From Armatimonadota bacterium (GTDB lineage Bacteria; Sysuimicrobiota; Sysuimicrobiia; Sysuimicrobiales; Humicultoraceae), in NCBI GenBank assembly GCA_037443365.1, contig JBBIOM010000028.1:1-26260 (forward strand): 26,260 bases of DNA, read 5' to 3'. Made by a program: the position numbers and the translations under genes. The notes under the pieces are model-generated. The model did not search any database. It had not been told where the DNA came from and saw only the letters and a program-made list of their open reading frames with translations. Below, one piece after another: positions 19,874-26,260 of the stretch (position 1 is its first letter; each line of letters opens with the position of its first letter).

Positions 19874-20360
19874 AGTCCCCGGGCTTGACCCGCTCGAGGA
19901 ACTTGCGGAACTCCTGGGGATCCAGCTCGTCGCTCAGCGCTTCCGGATGCTCTCCTTCCGCCGCCTTGCGCAGCGGAATGCCCTGCGCAGCCACCTTGTC
20001 ATCAACGAAGATCGGGGCGTCCGTTCGCAGGGCGATCGCAATGGCGTCGCTGGGGCGCGAATCCACCACCAGGGCCTGACCGTCGCGCGTCAGGTGGATC
20101 TCGGCGAAGTAGGTGGCATCGCGCACATCGCTCACGACCACGCGCGTCACCGTCGCCTGGAGCTGCCGGATCACCGCTGAGAGCAGGTCGTGCGTCATCG
20201 GGCGGGGCGGCTGCACGTTCTGCAGCCGCAGGGCGATCGCCATCGCCTCTGCCTGCCCGATCCAGATGGGCAGCGCGATCGTCTCGTCCATGTCAACCAG
20301 CAGCACCAGGGGATTGCTCTGCTGGTCGAGGGCGACCCGTCGCACCTTCATGAGCCGCAC
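19854..20360 (-). CDS. Bifunctional nuclease family protein (DUF151/BFN), 168 aa
   Basis: LPIWIGQAEAMAI, PRPMTHDL and DSRPSDAIAIALR. The start is GTG 20360 (MRLMKV...) after GGAGGGAG; ATG 20411 lies inside the -10 box. Confidence 0.88.
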   Translation of the reverse strand: MRLMKVRRVALDQQSNPLVLLVDMDETIALPIWIGQAEAMAIALRLQNVQPPRPMTHDLLSAVIRQLQATVTRVVVSDVRDATYFAEIHLTRDGQALVVDSRPSDAIAIALRTDAPIFVDDKVAAQGIPLRKAAEGEHPEALSDELDPQEFRKFLERVKPGDFKGPVH

Positions 20361-20409
20361 GCCGAACTCTCCCTCCGCGGGGGACGCCGATCCGTCTCCC
20401 CGCGCGCTC

Positions 20410-20418
20410 ATTATAGCA
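20410..20418 (-). promoter_or_regulatory. Extended -10 promoter element (TGcTATAAT) of the nuclease gene
   Basis: Perfect TATAAT at 20415-20410, preceded by TG-n, in a very GC-rich context. Confidence 0.65.
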
Positions 20419-20424
20419 GACCGA

Positions 20425-20456
20425 ACCCCGCCGCCGGAGTCGGCTGGCGAGCGGGG
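20425..20456 (-). terminator. Possible terminator hairpin downstream of phoD
   Basis: Imperfect inverted repeat CCCCGC-CGCCGG ... CTGGCG-A-GCGGGG just past the phoD stop, with a weak U tail. Confidence 0.35.
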
Positions 20457-20472
20457 CTCGGCGCGGAGCGCC

Positions 20473-22002
20473 TCAGGGCGCTGCCGTGATCACCAGCGGC
20501 GCCCGGCAGATCGGCCGGCCGGCCGCGTCCTTGGGGGTCAGGGTCACCGTGCGTGCGCGGCTGCTGATGTCCACCCTGACGTAGGTGTAGCGATCCACAA
20601 CAGCGCAGCTCATGCCCACGCCCTGCGGAACCGGGGCGGTGAGGAAGGCCAGCAACGCCGGTACGACGGCGCGCCCGGCCATGCCGGCAACCGACTCGCC
20701 GTAGGGCGTCGCCGCTATCGGGCCGGTGACGACCTCCTTCATACCCGTCGTCTCAAACGGCGGAGTGAAGGTGGAGAGGCGCACGTCGTTGACGAACGTG
20801 GCATGAGTGTCGCCGGTTAGCCACACCACGTTCTTGATGCCGCTTGTTCTGATGAAGGTGAGGATCTCTGCGCGTTCGGCCGCGTATCCCTCCCACCTGT
20901 CGTAAGGGTTGGCGAAGAACTCCTGGATCGGAGTCTGGTTCAGGATCAGCTTCCACGTGGCGGTGCTGCGGGCCAGCTCGCGCTTCAGCCAGATCTTCTG
21001 GCCGATCCCCAGCATCGTGCGGTTGGGATCGGCGAGCGTCTCCTGGCACCCCGGGGGAGAGGGCAGACGCATCTGCGGAACCAGGGGGGCGAAGGCCGCC
21101 CTGATGGCAGGCGGCAGCGTGGGCGCCAGGTCGGGCGTCCTGCTCCCGGGCGGGTTGTCGCAGACCGGGGTGCTGCTCGCGTGGCGGCTCCGGTACGACC
21201 GCCCGTCGAGCACGAACAGCTCGATCTCGCGCCCCCAGCGGAACTTGCGGTAGATGCGGCCTCCGGGCTGTTCGGCGATCGGCGAGTACTCCATGAATGC
21301 CCTGTGCCCTTCCGCCCACCTCCGGGGATCCACCGTCTCGCGCGCATAGTCGTTCTCGACCTCGTGGTCGTCCCAGGTGGTTATCATCGAGGTGCTCGCC
21401 ATGAAGTTGCGGAACGTGGCGATGGACCGGATCTCCTTGTACTTCGCGCGGTATGCCTCCAGGGTGAAGATGGGATTGGGCACGAGCGACGAGTCCGGGT
21501 AGATGTTGTCGCCCAGGTGCGCGAAGAAGTCGGGCCGGTCGGCGACCACGGCGTCCAGCAGCCCCAGCGACAGCGCCGGGACGCCGCCCACGTACCCTCC
21601 GTCGGAGCACGCCGAGTACGCGAAGGTCAGGTCGGCAGAGGCGTCCGCTGCCGGAGGGGTCACGAAGGTTCCGGTCTGGGAGTAGGCGCCGCCCCCGGAG
21701 CGGAAGCGGTACTGGTACCGGGTGGCCGGTGTCAGCCCCGAAGCCAGGATCTTCACCGTGAGATCACGCTCTGGGCTCGGCACAACGGTGCGCTCGAAGA
21801 CGAGCGACGCAAACCGTGGATCCGCTGACACCTCTACGGAGACCGGAGCGCTCCGCGCCGAGCGCGTCCAGAGCACCGCCGACGTCTCGCGCACGTCCCC
21901 TGAGGCCACGCCGTGCGGGAACAGCAACGCGACCTGCGAGAGCAGCGGCGCCTGCGCCACGACAACGGCGGCGGCGACGATTGCGATAGTGATTGCCCGC
22001 AT
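20473..22002 (-). CDS. phoD: Alkaline phosphatase D family phosphoesterase
   Basis: [14 protein letters not shown], metal-ligand motifs (SACSD, GDNIYPD, WDDHE, TGDTH), LDGRSYRS and [11 protein letters not shown]-terminal signal peptide. Confidence 0.9.
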   Translation of the reverse strand: MRAITIAIVAAAVVVAQAPLLSQVALLFPHGVASGDVRETSAVLWTRSARSAPVSVEVSADPRFASLVFERTVVPSPERDLTVKILASGLTPATRYQYRFRSGGGAYSQTGTFVTPPAADASADLTFAYSACSDGGYVGGVPALSLGLLDAVVADRPDFFAHLGDNIYPDSSLVPNPIFTLEAYRAKYKEIRSIATFRNFMASTSMITTWDDHEVENDYARETVDPRRWAEGHRAFMEYSPIAEQPGGRIYRKFRWGREIELFVLDGRSYRSRHASSTPVCDNPPGSRTPDLAPTLPPAIRAAFAPLVPQMRLPSPPGCQETLADPNRTMLGIGQKIWLKRELARSTATWKLILNQTPIQEFFANPYDRWEGYAAERAEILTFIRTSGIKNVVWLTGDTHATFVNDVRLSTFTPPFETTGMKEVVTGPIAATPYGESVAGMAGRAVVPALLAFLTAPVPQGVGMSCAVVDRYTYVRVDISSRARTVTLTPKDAAGRPICRAPLVITAAP

Positions 22003-22128
22003 CGGGGTCCCCCTGTGGAATGCAGATGGTTGCCGCCCTCCAGGACGGCAACGGCTAGGGGATTCGTCCTGGTGTGCCGAAGCCCTCTCGCACTACCGCC
22101 CGGTGACGGACGGTCTGGAGGTGGACGC

Positions 22129-22671
22129 GTGATATACATCGTCGCGATCCTTGCATTGCTTGCGCTGTTCGTCGTTGCGCTCTACAACCGGTTGGTGGTC
22201 TTCCGCAACCGGATAGACAACGCCTGGTCTCAGATTGACGTGCAGCTCCGCCGGCGCTACGACCTGATCCCCAACCTGGTGGAGACCGTGAAGGGGTACG
22301 CGACCCATGAGCGCGAGGTGTTCGAGCGCGTGACAGAGGCGCGCTCCAGGGCCATCGCCGCGGGAAGCGTGGGCGAACAGGGGCAGGCGGAGAACATGCT
22401 GAACCAGGCGCTGCGCAGCCTCTTCGCGGTGGCGGAGAACTACCCCCAGCTGCGCGCCAGCGAGAACTTCATGCACCTCCAGGAGGAGCTGAGCGGCACC
22501 GAGAGCAAGATCGCCTTCGCCCGTCAGTTCTACAACGACACGGTGCTGCGCTACAACAACACCCGGCAGGCGTTTCCCGCCGTGTTGATAGCCGGCGCGC
22601 TGGGCTTCGGTCCGCGCGAGTACTTCGAGATGGAGGAGGCGGCGCGGGAGCCGGTCAAGGTGGCGTTCTAG
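22129..22671 (+). CDS. lemA: LemA family protein, 180 aa
   Basis: N-terminal TM helix, then [43 protein letters not shown] and ARQFYND. RBS GGAGGT precedes GTG 22129. Confidence 0.93.
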   Translation: MIYIVAILALLALFVVALYNRLVVFRNRIDNAWSQIDVQLRRRYDLIPNLVETVKGYATHEREVFERVTEARSRAIAAGSVGEQGQAENMLNQALRSLFAVAENYPQLRASENFMHLQEELSGTESKIAFARQFYNDTVLRYNNTRQAFPAVLIAGALGFGPREYFEMEEAAREPVKVAF

Positions 22672-23363
22672 CGGGCTTCGGCCGCCACGTCCCCTGCGGG
22701 GGCCAGGTGGAGGTGCGCCACCAGCGCCAGCCCGGCCTGCCGCACGTGGCGGCGCATCGAGTCCTCCGCCGCGGCAGGGTTCCTGCGCCTGATGGCCTCA
22801 ACCACTGCCACGTGCTCCTGAAGCGAGGCGGGCAGCCGCCCTGGTAGCTTCGCCGAGGTACTGATCAGCAGGCGTATCTGCCCGCCGAACGAGTCTCCGA
22901 CCCTCGACAGCCGCCGATTTCCGGAGGCCTCCCGCAGTCTCCTGTGGAAGGCCAGGTCCAGATCCCCGTACTCCTCCACGTCACCCTTCCTGACCGCGGC
23001 GCGCTGCCTGGAGAGCAGGCGGTCAAGGTCGGCGACCAGGTCCTTGTCCGCCCGCCCCGCGGCCAGTCTCGACGCCAGCCCCTCGATCACCTCTCGCAGT
23101 GCGTACAGCTCCTCGATATCGTGCAGGGTGATGCGCGGTATGAAGTAGCCGCGGTGCGGAACTGCGGCCACCAGGCCCTCGCGCTCCAGGGCCGCGAGCG
23201 CCTCCTTGATTGGGGTTGGTGATAAGCCCAGCTCCTCCGCCAGAACACGGACGACCAGCTTCTGCCCAGGCACCAGCCGACGGTTGAGGATGGCCGAGCG
23301 CATCGCCCGATATGCCTCTCGCGAAAGGGTCGTGCGGCCGATGGCGTGGCGGATGGTAGGCAC
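22668..23363 (-). CDS. GntR-family transcriptional regulator with FCD domain (probable regulator of the divergent suyAB operon)
   Basis: Winged [31 protein letters not shown] motifs LREVIE, DLAFH..L..ASGN, EH..VVEAI and MRRH. Confidence 0.92.
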   Translation of the reverse strand: MPTIRHAIGRTTLSREAYRAMRSAILNRRLVPGQKLVVRVLAEELGLSPTPIKEALAALEREGLVAAVPHRGYFIPRITLHDIEELYALREVIEGLASRLAAGRADKDLVADLDRLLSRQRAAVRKGDVEEYGDLDLAFHRRLREASGNRRLSRVGDSFGGQIRLLISTSAKLPGRLPASLQEHVAVVEAIRRRNPAAAEDSMRRHVRQAGLALVAHLHLAPAGDVAAEAR

Positions 23364-23369
23364 GCCCCA

Positions 23370-23398
23370 ATTATGGCGCGGCCCTATTGACTGGTCAA
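23370..23398 (-). promoter_or_regulatory. Sigma70-type promoter of gntR (TTGACC-N17-CATAAT), predicted leaderless transcript
   Basis: -35 at 23398-23393, -10 at 23375-23370, 17-nt spacer. The GTG start is the 7th nt after the -10. Confidence 0.7.
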
Positions 23399-23415
23399 GA
23401 TATTAAATCTAAAAT
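23387..23415 (+). promoter_or_regulatory. Sigma70-type promoter of the suyAB-SBP operon (TTGACT-N17-TAAAAT), with a candidate operator AGATATTAAATCT in the spacer
   Basis: -35 at 23387-23392, -10 at 23410-23415, 17-nt spacer. The near-palindrome at 23398-23410 sits in a conspicuously AT-rich patch. Confidence 0.7.
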
Positions 23416-23513
23416 CCATTTAGCCGAACCGGGGTGCTCGTTGGACGCAACGTCACCTTCCCAGGCGGCGACATGGAGATGCTGTCGCGGTACTTCTGAA
23501 GAGGAGAGTGACG

Positions 23514-23801
23514 ATGGGCTACGAAGCGCTGGCGCACCGCCGCAACGATCACGTGGCCGTCGCGGTGACCGACCTTGCCGCGGGCGCCGCTGTCGCAGTG
23601 AGAGTCCTGGAGGGCGGAGATCCGATCGCCGCCAGGGCGGTGGAGGCGATTCCCCTCGGGCACAAGATCGCGCTCACAGACCTTCCACAGGGCGCCGACG
23701 TCATCGAATACGGGGCGCGTATCGGGCGGACCACCCGGCCGGTCAAGGCAGGAGAGCACGTCCACGTTCACAACATCAAGAGCGTGAGGTGGTCGGCATG
23801 A
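23514..23801 (+). CDS. suyA: UxaA-family SAF-domain small subunit, probable (2R)-sulfolactate sulfo-lyase alpha subunit, 95 aa
   Basis: H...DHVAVAV.DL..G, IPLGHKIAL.DL..G..VIEYG..IG, GEHVHVHNIKS.RW. RBS GAGGAG; ATGA coupling to the next gene. Confidence 0.75.
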   Translation: MGYEALAHRRNDHVAVAVTDLAAGAAVAVRVLEGGDPIAARAVEAIPLGHKIALTDLPQGADVIEYGARIGRTTRPVKAGEHVHVHNIKSVRWSA

Positions 23802-24946
23802 AGCTGACCGGATACCGCAGGCCCAACGGTGCGGTCGGCGTTCGCAACTACGTCGCGGTCATCCCGCTCGACGACCTCTCGAACACGGCCGCCGAAGGGG
23901 TCGGGCGCCTTATACCGGGAGCCCTGGTGCTGCCCCATGCGTATGGACGACTGCAATTCGGCGAGGACCTCGACCTGTTCTTCCGCACGATGATCGGAAT
24001 CGGGGCGAACCCAAACGTTGCGTCCGCCGTCGTGGTCGGGATCGAGCCCAAGTGGACGCAGCGCCTTGCCGACGGGATAGCGAAGAGCGGCAAGCCGGTC
24101 GAGGCGTTCGCCATCGAGGGAGAAGGCGACCTGCGCACCATAGAGAAGGCCTCGCGGGCCGCCATGCGCCTCGTGGCCGACGCGAGCGAACTCGTGCGCG
24201 AACCGATCGAGATCGGGGACCTCACCCTCTCGATCAAGTGCGGCGAGTCGGACACGACGCTCGGCGCCGCAGGCAATCCCGCCCTGGGCCGGGCGATAGA
24301 CCAGTTCGTGGATGGGGGCGCAACGGTGATCTTCGGCGAGACCTCCGAGCTGACCGGAGGCGAGCATCTGATCGCCGAGCGCTGCGCCGCGCCCGAGGTG
24401 CGAGAGGCGTTCTTGCGCACGTACGAGGCATACATCGAGTTCATAAAGGGTACGGGCGCAGACCTTCTGGGCTCTCAGCCCACCGAGGGCAACATCGCCG
24501 GCGGGCTTTCGACCATAGAGGAGAAGGCCCTGGGCAACATCCAGAAGACCGGGACGAAGCCCGTTCGGTCTGTCCTGGCGCCGGCCGAGGCCCCGATCGG
24601 GCCTGGGCTCCACTTCATGGATACATCGAGCGCTGCGGCCGAGATGATAGTCCTGGCGGCGGCGGGGGGCTCGGTGCTCCACTTCTTCACCACCGGCCAG
24701 GGGAACGTCGTCGGCAACCCAATCGTGCCGGTGATCAAGATCTCTCCAAACCCCAGGACCGTCGGCACCATGGGCGAGCACATCGACGTGGATCTGACGC
24801 AGTTGCTGGCTGGCGAGATCGGGCTGGAGGAGGCGTCCCGCCGGATCATCGAGGTGTTCGAGAGGACAGTCTGCGGCAGGCTCACCAAGGCCGAACTGCT
24901 CGGACATAGGGAGTTCGTGCTGACGAAACTCTACAGGAGCGCGTGA
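23798..24946 (+). CDS. suyB: UxaA-family large subunit, probable (2R)-sulfolactate sulfo-lyase beta subunit, 382 aa
   Basis: It carries motifs I recall as characteristic of the SuyB clade rather than altronate/galactarate dehydratases: P.DDLSN.A, PHAYGRLQFGEDL..FRT.IG, GIEP.WT, SQPT.GNI.GGL.TIEEKALGN, MD.SSAAAE, TGQGNVVGNPIVPVIK and LGHREF..TKLYRSA. Confidence 0.8.
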   Translation: MKLTGYRRPNGAVGVRNYVAVIPLDDLSNTAAEGVGRLIPGALVLPHAYGRLQFGEDLDLFFRTMIGIGANPNVASAVVVGIEPKWTQRLADGIAKSGKPVEAFAIEGEGDLRTIEKASRAAMRLVADASELVREPIEIGDLTLSIKCGESDTTLGAAGNPALGRAIDQFVDGGATVIFGETSELTGGEHLIAERCAAPEVREAFLRTYEAYIEFIKGTGADLLGSQPTEGNIAGGLSTIEEKALGNIQKTGTKPVRSVLAPAEAPIGPGLHFMDTSSAAAEMIVLAAAGGSVLHFFTTGQGNVVGNPIVPVIKISPNPRTVGTMGEHIDVDLTQLLAGEIGLEEASRRIIEVFERTVCGRLTKAELLGHREFVLTKLYRSA

Positions 24947-24951
24947 GAACA

Positions 24952-24980
24952 GGCGCGCCGGCGGGAAGAGCGGGCGCGCC
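24952..24980 (+). other. Intergenic hairpin between suyB and the binding-protein gene
   Basis: Two copies of the self-complementary GGCGCGCC (24952-24959 and 24973-24980). There is no U-tract, so read-through is plausible. Confidence 0.4.
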
Positions 24981-25037
24981 CGGCAGATGTGAGGGTGACG
25001 ACGAGGTAGTTATCCGGACACGAAGGGGGAGACTGTG

Positions 25038-26260
25038 ATGAAGCTAAGACTGCTCGCAGTGGTGGCAGTGCTAGCGGTCGGGCTCGCCGTGGTTCCGGTT
25101 TCGGCCCAGGCGCCCGTAACGATCACCTGGAACACGCTCGCAACCGGCGGCCCCATTGTCGCCGACCTCTACCGGGCGCTCGCTGCGCAGTTCGAGCGGC
25201 AGAACCCGGGATACAAGGTCAACGTGGCGATTCAACCGGGTACGTCGGGTGAGCAGTACGCGCGATACGTCACGCTCTTCGCCGCGAAGGACCCGTCGGT
25301 GGACGTCATCTCGATCGACGTCATCTGGCCTGCGACGATGGTGGCTGCGGGCTGGTTGGCGCCGCTCGATCAGTGGTTCGTCCGCGAGAGGCGCGCCGAG
25401 TATCTGCCCGGCGCCGTGGCGGCCAATACGATAGGGGGCAAGGTCTACGGGGTGCCCTGGTACGCCGACGCAGGGCTGCTCTACTACCGAAAGGACCTGC
25501 TCGACAAGCACGGTGCCAAGGTGCCGGCGACTTGGGATGAGCTCATTGCGACCTCACAGCGGATCGTCACGGCCGAGCGCGATCCGGCGCTGGCCGGCTT
25601 CCTGTTCCAGGGCGCGCGGATCGAGGCGCTCGCCTGCTTCTTCTTCGAGATTCTGTGGGGGAACGGCGGCGACGTGCTCGACCGAGCCGGCAAGGTCACC
25701 CTGGACGACGGCAAGGGGCTGGCCGCGTTGAACTTCATGCTGGACTTCGTGAGGCGGCACCGCATCACGCCGCCCGGCGTCACCACCCTTCCCACCGACG
25801 ACACGCGCGTGGCGTTCCAGGACGGCCGCTACGTCTTCCTGCGCAACTGGACCTACGCGTACGCCATGTTCCAGGGTGAGGGCTCCAAGGTCGCGGGCAA
25901 GGTGGGCATCGCCCCGCTTCCGCGCGGCAGCGCCAGCAGCGCCACGACGCTCGGTGGCTGGCAGCTCGCGATCAGCGCCTTCTCAAGGAACAAGGAGGCC
26001 TCCTGGAGGTTCGTGGAGTTCCTGACCGGCCGGGTATCCCAGAAGAGCATGGCGCTGCAGCTCAGCACCGTGCCGACCCGGCATGACATCTTCGAGGACG
26101 AACAGGTGAAGCGGCAGGCACCGCACTACCCCGACATGCTGAAGGCGGTGCTCGGGGCGCGGCCTCGGCCCCAGACTGCGGAGTACCCGCGGCTGTCGAG
26201 CATCGTGCAAACCAACCTGCACGCGGCGCTGACAGGCCTGATCCCGCCCGAGGAGGCGAT
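25038..26260 (+). CDS. CUT1 sugar ABC transporter substrate-binding protein (trehalose/maltose/SmoF-like clade), 3' end truncated by the window
   Basis: Absent from the ORF track because there is no stop in the window. My translation: MKLRLLAVVAVLAVGLAVVPVSAQ (signal), then DVISIDVIWP, DAGLLYYRKDLL, PATWDEL, FQG, RNWTYAY, TLGGW and ARPRP...Y. RBS AAGGGGGAG. Confidence 0.9.
   Translation, partial: MKLRLLAVVAVLAVGLAVVPVSAQAPVTITWNTLATGGPIVADLYRALAAQFERQNPGYKVNVAIQPGTSGEQYARYVTLFAAKDPSVDVISIDVIWPATMVAAGWLAPLDQWFVRERRAEYLPGAVAANTIGGKVYGVPWYADAGLLYYRKDLLDKHGAKVPATWDELIATSQRIVTAERDPALAGFLFQGARIEALACFFFEILWGNGGDVLDRAGKVTLDDGKGLAALNFMLDFVRRHRITPPGVTTLPTDDTRVAFQDGRYVFLRNWTYAYAMFQGEGSKVAGKVGIAPLPRGSASSATTLGGWQLAISAFSRNKEASWRFVEFLTGRVSQKSMALQLSTVPTRHDIFEDEQVKRQAPHYPDMLKAVLGARPRPQTAEYPRLSSIVQTNLHAALTGLIPPEEA

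Noticed and set aside
21913-22128. 72-aa N-terminal extension of LemA
   Set aside because: It overlaps the phoD start on the other strand. GTG 22129 has a strong RBS and gives a canonical LemA.
23387-23797. N-terminal extension of the 519-aa ORF, suggesting a single long UxaA protein
   Set aside because: It begins at the TTG of the -35 box and overlaps suyA in another frame. The true start is ATG 23798, coupled to the suyA stop.
23514-24946. suyA/suyB as a frameshifted uxaA pseudogene
   Set aside because: A two-subunit organisation is normal for SuyAB. Both genes have proper termini and an ATGA overlap.

Overview
High-GC, gene-dense bacterial chromosomal segment. I see no mobile element, CRISPR array, rRNA or tRNA. 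From left to right: (1) the 5' end of a probable VapB-type antitoxin, cut by the window edge. (2) A five-gene Liv-type (HAAT) ABC importer on the minus strand. (3) A divergently transcribed alpha/beta 2-oxoacid:ferredoxin oxidoreductase with atypical active-site residues. (4) A minus-strand fadN-fadA-fadE-fadD beta-oxidation cluster, preceded by a penicillin-acylase-family Ntn hydrolase. (5) One uninterrupted ORF that fuses a complete cation-diffusion-facilitator (CDF) transporter to a complete glucose-6-phosphate isomerase of the Tal-Pgi type. (6) A DUF151 bifunctional nuclease, PhoD and LemA. (7) A GntR regulator divergent from suyAB-like (sulfolactate sulfo-lyase) genes, followed by a sugar-binding protein resembling the sulfoquinovose-binding protein SmoF, which runs off the right edge. 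The two best candidates for undescribed biology are the CDF-PGI fusion and the GntR/suyAB/SmoF-like sulfosugar locus. All family calls come from motif recognition and recalled reference sequences; no database searches were run.
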